Shown in pieces: positions 49,601-62,341 of a stretch of DNA of 64,000 bases (its first letter is position 1; every line of letters starts with the position of its first letter). The notes beneath the pieces are model-generated. The model worked only from the letters and a program-made list of their open reading frames with translations, did no database searches and was not told the DNA's origin. The stretch spans positions 10,292,001-10,356,000 of the forward strand of contig NC_090343.1 of the NCBI RefSeq assembly GCF_035084215.1, read 5' to 3'. This stretch comes from Heptranchias perlo (lineage: Eukaryota). The position numbers and the translations under genes were made by a program.

Positions 49601-51940
49601 GCCGACGTACTGAGGATCAGCAAATCTTTTTATGCTGGGCTGTATGACGTGAAGCCCACAGTCAGCACGGCTTCCCAGTCCTTCCTATCCTCTATCATGG
49701 AAGTCTTATAGGACAGCGACCGGGAGTGCATGGATCGTCCACTGACAAAAGCCGTTCAGTCTTTTGAGAAGAGTAGAACTCCCGGAAACAATGGCTTACC
49801 TGTCGAGTTATACTTGGCCCTGTGAGACTGGATAAGCCCAGACCTACTGGAAGTGCACAGGGGTATGCTTCTAGCAGGCGGCATGTCAGAGTCCACGAGG
49901 AAAGGCATTATCGCCCTCATCTATAAGCGGAAGGGGGAGAGGGAAGTAATCAAAAATTGGCAACCCATTTCCTTGCTAAATGTCGACCTCAAGATTCTGT
50001 CTAAGGCCATTGCCAACAGGATCAAGTCTGCTTTGGAGCGGGTGATCCACCCGGATCAGACCTGTACTGTACCCGGCAGGAAGATTTCTGATAGCCTTGC
50101 TCTGCTCAAAGATACGAGCGCCTACGTGCAGGACAGGGGGGTGAACACCTGCCTCATCGGCCTGGACCAGGAGAAGGCCTTCGATAGAATATCCCACATG
50201 TGCATGATGGATGTGCTCTCCAAAATGAGTTTTGGGGAGGGAATCTGCGATTGGATCCGACTGCTCCACGCGGACATCCGTAGCGCAGTCCTAATCAACG
50301 GGTGGGAGTCAGAGAGCTTTCCGATCAGATCTGGAGTCAGGCAGGGCTGTCCTCTCTCCGCATATGTTGTATCGAGCCGTTTGCCGCATCCATCAGGAAG
50401 GACGCGGGTATCGGAAGGGGGGGCGGGGTGACGATCTCAGGCAGCGGAGGCTCTCAGGTTAAGGCCTCCCGTACATGGACAATGTCACCATCTTCTGCTC
50501 CAACCAGCAGTCGGTCCACACACTGATGGGCGTCTGCGACTGTTTCGAGCTAGCCTCGGGGGCCAGAGTGAACCAAAATAAAAGCAAGGCAATGTTCTTT
50601 GGCAGGTGGGAGGCCCGGTCCCTTGTCCCCTTCATTGTCAGGTCCGACTATCTGAAGGTGCTGGTTCAGGTGGCCCTTGGCCTGCGCAAAGAACTGGGAG
50701 GAGCGGATCACCAAGGCCAAACAAAAGCTTGGTATGTGGCTGGGGTGATTCATCTCCATAACCGGCAGGAACCTGGTGATAAGGTGTGAGATACGCATGG
50801 TGTTGCTCTACATGGCCAGGGTCTGGCCCATTCCCCACAATGCCACAATCACAGTCACCTGACCTATCTTCCACTTTGCCTGGAGGCCCAAAATAGAACG
50901 CGTCCACAGGACCACCATGTACAAGACCCCCGACAAAGGCGGGAAGAGCATCCCCAACACTGCTGTGATGGCCACCTTTGTGTGTGGCTGCCTCAGGATA
51001 TGTGTAGAGCCCCAGTATGCAAACACCAACTGGGTGCTGGGTTTCTACCTGTCCAACACACTGAGAAGGCTGGGTATGGCCATGCTGTCCAGGCATGCGT
51101 AGGACGTCCTATCCAACTGGACCATCCCCAGTCCCAGGTGGAGAAGTTCCTGAGGAGGAACCCCTTTGACCACAAGGCCGTCAGACAGTGGTAGACACGA
51201 AATGTTCTCAGAGTCCTGCAAGGGTGGACTCGATTGGTTTCTTCCCCGACCAGATGGTCGATGCCATTTGGCAGAACGTCTCAACGCCAGAACTGACCAA
51301 CAGGCACCAGGATGTAGCCTGGATGGTGGTGAGAAAGGCCCTCCCAGTGCAGTCCTTCCAACATGCACGGAACCTCAGCGCTACCGCGAGCTGCCCTCGA
51401 GGCTGTGGCGGGGAGGAGATCGTCGTCCACCTCCTGATGGGCTGCCCCCTTTGCGCAGAGGGTGTGGAGAGAGATGCGTTGGTATCTGTCCCGATTCATC
51501 CAAAACAATTCGGTAACACAGGAAGCTGTGCTCTACGGACCGTTCCCCGGGACACACAACGAGACAGATATCACCTGTGGCTGGAAAACCATCAACTCGG
51601 TGAAGGAGGCCATTTGGTCTGCCTGAAACCTGCTGGTCTTCCAGCTGAAGGAGCTGTCCACGATCGAATGTCGCCACCTGGCACACTCCAGGGTCCAGGA
51701 GTACGTGCTGCAGGACGCACTGAAGCGATCTCGCAAAGGCCACCGTATAAAGCTACCCCACCCTGTATTGTGCAGAATACATTAGAAAATATGTACTGTG
51801 TTATAAAATTGTAACAATAAGATCATAGTGCATACGATCTGTACTGTGTTGCTTTGAACTTCTGTGCTGCATTTTGCGCCCGTTATTTGAACTGTGTAAA
51901 CCGTGTGTATCTTTAAATTTTATGGAATAAAGTATATTTT
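46690..51940 (+). mobile_element. Near full-length decayed Tx1-clade L1 retrotransposon (5' boundary approximate)
   Basis: ORF1 from about 46819 has an RRM-like region and three CCHC knuckles (CRSCGNPGHEAASC, RNCRKEGHQTLDC, CNLCGEAGHLYKTC). ORF2 from 48420 has the APE endonuclease (LFLQE, AGDFN, SRIDF) and RT (NWQPISLLNVDLKILSK, LDQEKAFDRISH, GVRQGCPLS, YMDNV). Many stops and frameshifts; 3' tttatggaataaagtatatttt. Confidence 0.93.
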
Positions 51941-52300
51941 AGGGACTTGAACACATAATCTAGGCTGACATTTCAATGCAGTACTGAGGGAGTGCTGCAC
52001 TGTCGGAGGTACCGTCCTTTGAATGAGATGTTAAACAGAGGCCCTAACTGTTCTTTCAGGTGGATGTAAAAAATCCCACAGCACTATTTCGAAGAAGAGC
52101 AGGGGAGTTCTCCCCGGCCAATATTTATCCCTCAACCAACGTCACTAAAATAACAGATTATGGGATCTTTATCACATTGCTGTTTGTGGGAACATGCTAT
52201 ACGTAAATTTCCTGCCTTACAACAGTGACTATACTTCAAAAGTACTTCATTGGCTGTAAAGAGCTTTGAGACGTCCTGAGGCCGTTTCTTTCTTTCTTTC
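51941..52300 (+). mobile_element. SacSINE1/Deu-domain-like SINE, 5'-clipped by the Tx1 element
   Basis: Family body and (tttc)n tail. Confidence 0.75.
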
Positions 52301-53489
52301 TTTATTGAGAGTCTGAGGTCTCTGCTCTAAATACACACTTTTGCATATTAACCCATTCTTTTCTGTTCTTATAGCACTGTAAACCTGCAGTGACAGATTA
52401 TAAATTAAACAACAACGTGCATTTATATAGTGCCTTTAACATAGTAAAAAGTTCCAAGGCACTTCACAGGAGTGATTATCAAACAAAATTTGACACCGAG
52501 CCACATAAGGAGATATTAGGACAGGTGACCAAAAGCTTGGTCAAAGAGGTAGGTTTTAAGGAGCATCTTAAAGGAGGAGAGATAGAGAGGCGAAGAGGTT
52601 TAGGGAGGGAATAAATGCATGCATAAAACACATATGTGACTTGCTAAAAACATTGAATAAAACCTTAAAATCCTTTTAATCCTCCATGGCTGGGTCCTAT
52701 TTTACAGCTCGTCCGCTGCATGAGTGCAACAGAAGGGCTGAGGACTTTTGGCCGAAGTGTGTTAGAACACGAGAGGCTGACTACGGCCATCAACATTAAA
52801 TCCAACCGTAGATAATCCTGGATTAACCAGACATAGAATTTTACAGCCCATTTTTATTTTCTCAGGAATTAATGGAGCACTATGCTTAAAAAACATTTAA
52901 TATATATATATATATATTTTACAAATCTTGGTGTCAATAAACAAAAGCAAATGCCTATTAAGTATAAAAGATAAACTTTTACACAGAGCCCACTGTGTTA
53001 CTTTTGCGCAGTTTCATCTGTGAGCAGGTCTAACACCAAGGTGGGTATTCGCAGGGCTCAGCTCCAGATGCAAATTATTTTGCACTTAAGATATTGTTTT
53101 GTTATATTCTTGAACTAAAATGCTGATTCAAGAGGAGTCACCTGTGAGGAACTAGTTTTCGCTGGTGACTACTGGTTGCTGTCAGGTCACAATAATCTAC
53201 AGAGAGGGACAGAAGTTGATTATAAAGGACTGAGCGCGCACACATCAAACTGGGCCCTTCAGCGCCCGTTTCTCGCCTGGAAAATGGTTGCTGTCGGGTT
53301 GTTGACTTTATTATGGTCCTGACATGAGCATGTTGATCTTCAGTGATATTGGCTTAACTTGGCCAAAGACACCTTGCCTTTGGAGATGGTTTTTAGCCAA
53401 TCAGAGTCCGATTTTTTTTTTATCGTGGGTCCCACTTCCAAACGAATGGCATGACACTGGAAGAAAGGTACGGTAAGTAACTACATTGA

Positions 53490-53790
53490 ACTGAGATGTG
53501 AAACTGAGGCCTGCCCTCTCGGGTGAACGTAAATGATCCAACGGCACTATTCGAAGAGGAGCGGGAGAGTTCACCCCGGAGTCCTGGCAAATATTGATCC
53601 CTCAACCAACATCACTAAAACAAATTATCTGGTCATTGCTGTTTGTGGGACCTTGCTGTGCGTAAATTGGCTGCTGCGTTTCCTACATTACAACAGTGAC
53701 TACACTTCAAAAATTCTTCATTGGCTGAAAAATGCTTTGGGCTGTCCTCGTGTTGTGAATGGCGCCATTTAAATTATTTCTTTCTTTACT
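53490..53790 (+). mobile_element. SacSINE1/Deu-domain-like SINE fragment
   Basis: ggcactattcgaagaggagc...ttgctgtttgtgggaccttgctgtgc...cattggctg. Confidence 0.7.
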
Positions 53791-54564
53791 ATGCTTATCA
53801 ATTAAATAATTAGAGTGGCCACATTCTGGTTTTGGCTGGACAGTCTGTTGAGCAGATTGTTTAGAAATTACTAAAGTATAACCTGGGTACCAAAAATATT
53901 GGTTTTCAAATTAAATCTGTTTTTTGTCTATTGATTTGGAGGCATTAGTTTAGAGCAGACATTAAACAGGTCCCATCAGCCTAGTCAGGTGTATGATAAA
54001 GATCCCAAAAAGAGCAGGGTGCTCTCCCGTTGTGCTAGCCAACGTTCCTTCCTCAACCAACACTAACAAAACAAATTAACAGGTCAGTCATCTCATTCCT
54101 GTATGTGTATAGTTGCTTTTGCAACATGACGGCTACACTTGCCGACGTAACAGTTGCAGGAAGAGAGAGCCCCAGCCTACAGTTGTCACCCGGAAGGGGA
54201 ATCAGACCCATAGTGAACACGCTATTGCCAAAGTCTTTTACATGAGAAGCTGGATGAAGCAGTTGGTGATGAGTAACCCTGATAGATGGCATCCGATTTC
54301 GATGTTTAGAATATCAGGATGGCTGACACTTCACAAGTTGTACTATGTAGGTCCTTTCGCCACATTGAAAGGCAGATGTCTATTGTACGACAACAGACAA
54401 CTCTGAGACTTGAGAATTATCATTCAATGGCTTTAAACCACCCCCATTCTCCAAATACTTGTGTTTTCAGGCTGGGAACTAATACGTGTTCCTAATTTAT
54501 CTTAAAAATTATGTTTTTAAATAAAAAATGTCAGCAAAAGCACTTTAGATGCTTCAGGGACGTA

Positions 54565-54925
54565 GGAACATGTGTAGGTCATTCAGCCCTTCGAGCTTGT
54601 TCTTCCATTCGATTAGATCATTGTTGATCTGTACCTCAACTCCATTTACCCGTCCTTTCTCCATATCTCTTGATACCCTTACTTAATAAAAATCTATCAA
54701 TCTCAGTCTTGAAAATTTCAATTGACCCAGCATCCACAGCCTTTTGGGGGAGAGAGTTCCAGATTTCCACTACCCTTTGTGTGAGAAGATGCTTCCTGAT
54801 TGCAATCCTAACTGGCCCGGCTCTAATTTTAAGATTATGCCCTCTTGTTCTGGATTCCCCCACATCGATTTTCTGTATTATTTTAAACACTTCAAATAGA
54901 TCACCCCTCAACCTTTTAAACTTGG
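54565..54925 (-). mobile_element. CR1 3' fragment
   Basis: RLRGDLFEVFKI...SRTRGHNLKI...QRVVEIWNSLP. Confidence 0.85.
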
Positions 54926-57104
54926 GGGAAGCGCAAAGCCCTCTTTCCATGGGTAAAACTATGTGCTTTATGAAGTAAAATGCGACCTTTGTCAGAATGA
55001 TTCGACTTGACTCCAATTGGATATAATGGTACTTTATTAACTTCACGCAAGGAACAACACATGCAAGAGTCAAAGCAGGAGTTAACAGTACAGAACAAGA
55101 ATTATATTACCCGTTCTGTTCTCGGTAGAAGATGTGTCCGCTTCTCACCCCTCATGCTTCTACACTAACAAAGTCTCAGACTCCCCCGGTTGTACCCCAA
55201 AAGAACGGAACTGTGGCAAAATACATCAAATTAGGTATTTTCCCAAATACTCCCCTTTTCACTGCAGCAAATTTAAGCCACTTATAGATGGTTCTCTTAT
55301 CAGCACTTTTAGGGGCCGATCAATCGTTCTTCCTTGATTCCGGAATGTAGTTGCTTAGCGACATGTTCGGACATACATGCCCATCCTTTGTTTCACTGTT
55401 TTTGCCTCAGATAGCATGATTGTGTGTTTTTAACCACGAGTATTACTGCACTAAGGCTGGTTCCTGTTGTTTCTCACCCATAACCCCGTTAAGTCTACCC
55501 CTTTGAATTCCTTATACATTTGTGTGAAAACTATATTCCTTTACACCTTATGCGCAAATTAATTTGGGATAGCAGACTTCAGAATGAACAATTAACCCTT
55601 TTACCGATGAGATAGACGCTGGAAATAATAAATTATTAATGTAGGGTCTGGATCGCTCCAACTGACAGGTAAGTAACACTTGATAGACTGTATATCCCAG
55701 GTTACAACCACACATCAGGTTTATTAAGAAGTAAAATTAAACAGAAACAAGGGCAAATCCAGCAGATTTCACTGGATTACAGAACTTTATTTAACTCGCA
55801 TTCCCTGTTTCAAAGTCTGATTATTCTTTGCAATATTACACTTCTACTTTTTGCCAGTGCCTGTGATGTAAAGTTTATATATGAAATCGGATAATCACGG
55901 AGTGTTCTACTATCCTCAGCTTGTTAGTTGCCTGGTAAAGCAAAGATTCCATGAAGAAAGCTTCAACGGTTATACTCCTGTTTGCTTTAACGTCCAAATT
56001 GGGACAAAGGAAGTTCAAAAGATAAACTTTCACAATTAAATAGAGCTGTCAATGACAAACAGGTTTCAAAGGCAGAAAGGTTGCCTGACAGGTTTTCCTG
56101 ATATAATGTTTGTGAAACAAAGCAACTCTCATTTGTTTAAAACACATTCTCAGGATGTGGGCATCGCTGGCAAGACTGCCATTTATTGCCCATCTCTAGT
56201 TGCCCTGAGAAGGTGTATGCAGGCGACCTTCTTGGTGGCAGTTTGATACATCTGAGGTGCTTGCTAGGCCACTTCAGAAGGCAGTTAGGAGTGGTGTGGG
56301 ATTGGATTCACATATAGACCAGACTGGGTATAGGATGGCAGGTTTCCTTCCCTAAAGGAAATTTTACCAGCAGTGATTTGTTTTACTCAGGAGATTAAAT
56401 GGGGCAGGGTCCATGCTAATTATAAAAGGCCTGCTGGAAGGAGTCGACTTCACGAACTCCTCTCGTTAACTGTTTCCTTATGTTCTATGAGAACAGGGGC
56501 GATCTGGCTCCCCTCAGTGGGCGTGGGATTCTTCGGGATTTTAACAAAAAAGGGGGAGCGGTTGCTGCTAATTTGCGCCATGGAACCATTCACGTGGACA
56601 ATCGGGAAATGTCCCGATTTTCCATATGCCTCGTCCAGCCCAGAGGGACCATCAGTGAATAATGAAGAGGGCAAGAGTTGAACCTATTTTTGTTTGTGTG
56701 TGTGAAAAGTGAGTTTGTGGTAATTTTATTGGCTGCGTTTAGTGACACCACCCGATGTAATTAACAAGATTTGTAGTTGCACTGCCAGGAAGTGGGAGAA
56801 CAATAATCAACCAACCCTTTCCCCTGAATGGCCCTTTTCTTCATTAAACGATAAGGAGACACCGGGTTGTCCCAGTGTCATCAAACAAAGCAAACATTTC
56901 ATTTCTAGAGAGATAGAATTAAAAAGCAGAGAAGTTAAACTTGTGTAAAACCTTGGTTAGATCACACTGGGAGTACTGTGAACAGTTCTGGTCTCCTTAT
57001 TATAAAAAGCATTGAAGAAGGTGCAAAAAAGATTTACTAGGATGGTATCAGAACTGAGAGGTTATAACTATCAGGAAAGATTGAGCAGGCTTTTTTTAAA
57101 GTTA

Positions 57105-57375
57105 TGTTGGTTGAGGGATGAATATTGGCCAGCAGACCATGGATAACTCCCCTGCTCTTCTTCAGAATAGTGCCATGGGATCTTTTAAGTCCACCTAAGA
57201 GGGCAGACAGGGCCTCGGTTTAATATCTCATCCAAAAGACAGCACAGCACTCCCTCAGTACTAACACTAAAGTGTCAGCTTGGATTATGTGCTCAAGTCT
57301 CTTGGAGTGGGACTTAAACCCACAATCTCCTAACTCAGAGGTTCTGAGGCAAGAGTGTTACCAACTGAGCCACAG
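57105..57375 (-). mobile_element. SacSINE1/Deu-domain-like SINE fragment
   Basis: Reverse complement of the head and body of the family. Confidence 0.7.
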
Positions 57376-58107
57376 CCTGATGCAGTAGAGGGGCATAACT
57401 AATAAAGAACTTAAATAAAGACAAAGGAAATTTATGAACTTAAATAATAATATTATTTGCACTATCCCCCATGCCCTCCAGGTGCCCACCGGTCGCTGAA
57501 GGCCTCAAACGTACTGGTGGACACTGCATTCTCCTTCTCCAGAGCCACCCGGGCACAGACAAAGCTGTGGAAGATAGGCAGGCAGCCAGAGCGACCGCCC
57601 TCCATGGACTGCATCCAACCTGGACCTTTTGGTGGCTAACTTGGCCAGGCCCAGGAGCAGACCACGAGGAGGTCCTCCAAGTTGCCCTCCCACCTTGCCT
57701 GGAATGTATAATTTGATGCAGTCAACACTACAGAAGAGTAGAAATAAAATTAAAAATTCGGACACTGCCGCCAAACCAATTCAAGAGCCCCAGAGTTGGG
57801 CCACTTATTCAGTCCCAATCAGTAGTGTTGGCTTAATTTGATGCAGTCAACACTACTGATTAGGACTGTACAAGGGGCTCAACTCTGGGGCCCTTTCATT
57901 ACAATTCTGTGTGATGCTCTGCATTGAGGTTCTCTACTGCAATGTATAATGCTACAACGCAGCCCAGCACTAACACTTGGGCCGGGCTCGAGCAACGCCA
58001 CATGTGGCATGTCATTGGCTTGATATTCACATCCGAATTTTTTATTTTATTTCTACTCCTCTGGTATTTTAATATGTATCCCAAGAAGCCAAGCCAGTAG
58101 ACCACAG

Positions 58108-58497
58108 TCACATTTTGCAGTCGCCTTCGAAGGTCACAGCGCTACATTGTTCTGACACAGTGGAAATAGCCATATTGTTCTCGAATTGATGTTCTGAATC
58201 TTCCAGCACCCTTTGGTGGAGATACTTGATCCTCTCGTCTTCCCGTTGCTCAAAGAAGGTTGCGGAAATTTTCCTTCGTGCACGCGAGGCATAGGTTTCC
58301 AAAAGCACCGTTATATAAGCAATAAAGTACAGCAGGCAGACAAAGTAGATGATATTGCTGTTTGGGGGAGACGGCTGCAACATGCAACTATCGGATACAA
58401 AGGTGAAATTCCAGTGGAAATCAGCTTCCCGTGTTACTATGTTCTGGGCCTTACCGAATCTTGGTATAAGATTAGTCAGAACAATTATCATATCCAC
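58108..58497 (-). CDS. OCSTAMP: OCSTAMP copy B, exon 3
   Basis: Acceptor gtttcag|GTG; 390 bp open frame nearly identical to copy A except the first ~17 codons. Confidence 0.9.
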   Translation of the reverse strand: MDMIIVLTNLIPRFGKAQNIVTREADFHWNFTFVSDSCMLQPSPPNSNIIYFVCLLYFIAYITVLLETYASRARRKISATFFEQREDERIKYLHQRVLEDSEHQFENNMAISTVSEQCSAVTFEGDCKM

Positions 58498-60280
58498 CTG
58501 AAACAGACCAATTCATGTTTAAAGTCCTGTCAGGAATAAGGACATCAACTGTATAGAAACTGGATAAACTACAAAAAAAATTTCAAGGTCATCTATATCC
58601 CAAGTTACTAGTGATAGCATGTTACAATCAATTGTAATATTAAAAGAATTACATTATAGTGAGAGGGAACGATTAATTGTATTTGGGATTTAACAGTTCC
58701 AGTGACTGTAAGTGCCCACCCTGCAGCCTTATTTGATGGCTAGCAGTATAATATATCATGGTCAGTCTGGCTTCCCAGAATAAAAGCGTACCACACTTAT
58801 TGCAAAAAAAAATTTTTAACGTCGCACTTTTAAAGAACAAAAAAGCACAGAGCTCCCCCACACCCCCAGTGGGCTCCTGAGAGGTAAGTGGAACGTCCAT
58901 TGTGATATTGAGCCGTACAATATCACAAAGTCTGATCCTTGGTCTGTGCTGAGTTGGCTGATCTCTAGCAGGTGGCAATTGAGGTGCTACAAGTGACACC
59001 CACAACCTGGGGGTAGATAGAGGGAAAATCAGTTTCATTGGCTCCCAGTCCGGGAACATTGCAATTTTAAAATTCTCATCCTTGTTTTCAAATCTCCCCC
59101 ACCCCCCCCCACCTATCTCTGTAACATCCTCCAACCCTCCAACCCTTTGAGATCTCTACGCTCCTCCAATTCTTGCCTTTTGCGCATCCCCGATTTTAAC
59201 CGCTCCACCATTGGCGGACGTGCCTTCGGCTGCCTGGGCCCTGAACTTTGGAATTCCCTTCCTAAACCTCTCCGCCTCTCTCTCTTCCTTTAAGACGCTC
59301 CTTAAAACCTATCCCTTTGACCAAGCTTTGGTCACCTGTCCTAATTTCTCCTTATGTGGCTCAATTTTGTTTGATAATGCTCATGTTGTTGTTGTTGTTA
59401 ATAATAATAATAATATTATTATTATTCAACTGTCCAGATGCAGCCAAGGAGTGACAATTGATGACAGCAGATGGTCAGGCCATCTTCTAACTGGTCTTAT
59501 TCCAGACTCTGGTAGTAACAAAAACTGAGGCTGACTCACCATCCTTTTCAATCAGCAAATCTTTCCCCAGCTTTGGTGATGTCATCTTACAGAAGGCATT
59601 TGTGGCGGGAGAAAAAGACAAAAGGGTAGAAATCGAAGCTCGTTGCGCCCCTATTTTACAGGCTTAAAATGGGGGCAATGAAGCCCAATTTCGGAGACCA
59701 AAGTCCTGCGCCCCAAGGATGCCTAAAAGACGTCTGACCCGAAATTGGGTCGGTGGGTTTTTCAGGAGTCTCTAGTGGTCACCTGAAACAGGCATTAGGC
59801 CCCTTAATATATAAATGAGGGGCTTAATGCCAGTTTTAGGACCACTCAGGAAATTGGTGTCCTGAGTAGCGGAGCAGGTACTGGCCACGCTCTGCTCAGC
59901 TTCACCTGGCGTGAACACGGCCTAGGAAACGGCTGCCACCGAAAAGGTGAGTTTTAGTAATTTAAGAAAAAACCCATGTGGAGCCAGAAGTAGCAGGAGT
60001 GCTGCACTCGGCTCCACAGCATTGCTGCCGACCACGATCAGCCCCCTCCCTCCCGCTGTCATCCCCCCATTCCCCCCACACCCCCTCTGGCAGTCAACTG
60101 AGGCATCTGCCAGTGAGGCAGGTGGCCCGAAATTCCTTCATGCAGAATTAACAAACACAGGAAACTTTTCACAAACCCACTTATTGTATTGCTACGCGTG
60201 GCTACCAGAGTAAATCTTCCACCGCCTCACCCTCAGGAGCGAAACAGAACCAAAAAGATATACAGTAAAGTCATCTTTAC

Positions 60281-61340
60281 CTTGTATGTAAATCCCACAC
60301 TGATAGGTACAGGCGGAATCTCAACAATCCAACCCAGGAACTGTGAAGTGAGGCTGAAGACAAGAAAATCTGTTGCTATGACAATTGCAGACAGTGCTAA
60401 GTACACTGTGCTGATCACCATTTGTATCACACATCTGGCTACTTCGTCTGAGGACATTTTCAACCCTGTGGATCTGATTAACTTTCTGCTCTTGGTTCGG
60501 CACAGTACGGGATCCCCGTTGCTTGTCTGTACCAGCTGAGCCAGCCTGCTAGTTATATATACGTTGTCAAACTGCAAATTCATCAGATAGCCCCTGAGAT
60601 ACCAAGCTGAACTTATAATCAGATAAAAGAAAACAAAGCCAGCAAGTGCTCTGTTGGTGTGCAGAGTGGTCTCACTGAGTACGGTCTCAACTGCAGAAAA
60701 GTCGCTTTGGATTTCTTTGCCAACAGTTTGTAGATGGGTCATGACTGCTGACTGATTGATGTCTAAATTAAAATTAATTTTTGTTTTCGACGAAGCAAGC
60801 TTGCTCTCTGCAATTTTGTCCACGATCGTGATGATATCTGCATCCAGCACATCTTTAACCTCCCTTACAATGTTAGACGAGTTCACGAGGCTTTCAGTTG
60901 AGGTCAGAGTGACACACTCAAGTACTTGGAGAATCATCTTGATATTTCCCAGAATATTGGGGATTATGTTGACGGCTACAAGCATGAAGCACGTGGAAAG
61001 GAGCAGACCACGACCTTGTTTTGTGCCTAACGTGGGGATCAGTATAGTGAACACGCAGCGCACGGGATGGACCAGGAAGAGAAGCAGGAACATGGTGCCC
61101 GCGAACATGCTGGTTATTGTATTGCACATGTGTGCTCCGTATTTCAGAGTTGAAGCCATCCAGTTGTGGAGCAGGGCACTGCTGATCACAGATATACTTG
61201 AACATAACAGAAAGAGGGCAAGCAGTTCTCTCCAGCAGCCTGGAGTAGGCTTGCAGTAAGCAGTCCACAAGATCTGGATGACTTTCTTCATTTTCTCTGG
61301 CCAATTATTCCCGCACAAAAAGGTCTTCAAATTACAGCAT
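60281..61340 (-). CDS. OCSTAMP: OCSTAMP copy B, exon 2 (1060 bp); exon 1 expected beyond the window
   Basis: Intact frame, same splice sites as copy A, one in-frame codon deletion (KTSFL vs KTFL). Confidence 0.92.
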
Positions 61341-61639
61341 CTGCGGGGGGAAAAAAATTAATATTTAGATAACTAAAATGTTCAGGTGTTTTTGCAGATC
61401 TACTGAGTATAAATTCATAGAGATCATTAATGGTAAGACCGCACTCACTGTAGGCAGTACATTTAGAATTGTACACACTGCTTCTAAATTCTGCTTCCAT
61501 CTCATAACATGTGCAAATTCAATGGGGATCCTAAGCATTTTCCCTCAGCAAAAAATTGACATTTTGAAATTCAACATTTCTCTCTCAACCGACATCATTA
61601 AAAACAGATTATTTGGATATCCATTCAGTTGTTACATCA

Positions 61640-62341
61640 AAATCACAGCACAGAAACAAGCCGTTCGGCCGAACTGGTCTATACCGGCGTTTATGTCCAC
61701 ACGAGCCTCCTCCCTTCCTACTTCATCTAACCCGATCCGGATACCCTTCTATTCCTTTCTCCCACATGTGCTTATCTAGCTTCCACTTAAATTTATCTAT
61801 GCTATTCGTCTCAACTACTCCTTGTGGTAGCATGTACCATATTCTTGGGTAAAGAAGTTTCTCCAGAATTCCCTTTGGATTTTTGAGCGACTATTTTATG
61901 TTTATGATCTCTAGTTTTGGACTCCTCCACAATTGGCAACATTTTCTCTATGTCTACCCTATCATTATCTTAAAGACCTCTATCAGGTCACCCCTCTGCC
62001 TTCTCTTTTCTCGAGAAAAAAGTCCCAGCCCGTTCAGCCTTTCCTGATAAGGATATCCTCTCAGTTCTTGTGAATCTTTTTTGTACTCTCTCCAATGCCT
62101 GTATATCCTTTCTATAATATGGAGCCTAGGACTGTGTGCAATACTCCAAGTGTGGTCTAACCAAGGTTCTATACAAGTTTAACATAACTTCTTTGCTTTT
62201 CAATTCCATCCCTCTAGAAATTAGCCCTACAGCTTGATTTGCCTTTTTTTTGTGGCCTTATTAACCTGCGTTGCTACTTTTAGTGATTTGTGTATCAATA
62301 CCCCGAGATCCCTTTGCTCCTCTATCCTGTTTAGACTTATT
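61640..62341 (-). mobile_element. CR1 3' fragment interrupted by a Harbinger element
   Basis: CR1 tail and aatactccaagtgtggtctaaccaagg (LVRPHLEY on the minus strand). Confidence 0.8.

Noticed and set aside
54940-56700. Possible LTR element or additional gene exons
   Set aside because: The composition is somewhat distinct, but I could not identify termini, a TSD or a recognisable protein motif.
31648-61779. Plus-strand ORFs duplicated in both units (e.g. 31648-31941/58213-58539, 34567-34983/60189-60539, 35824-36141/61378-61779)
   Set aside because: They are antisense shadows of OCSTAMP exons or duplicated intron sequence with no independent coding signal.
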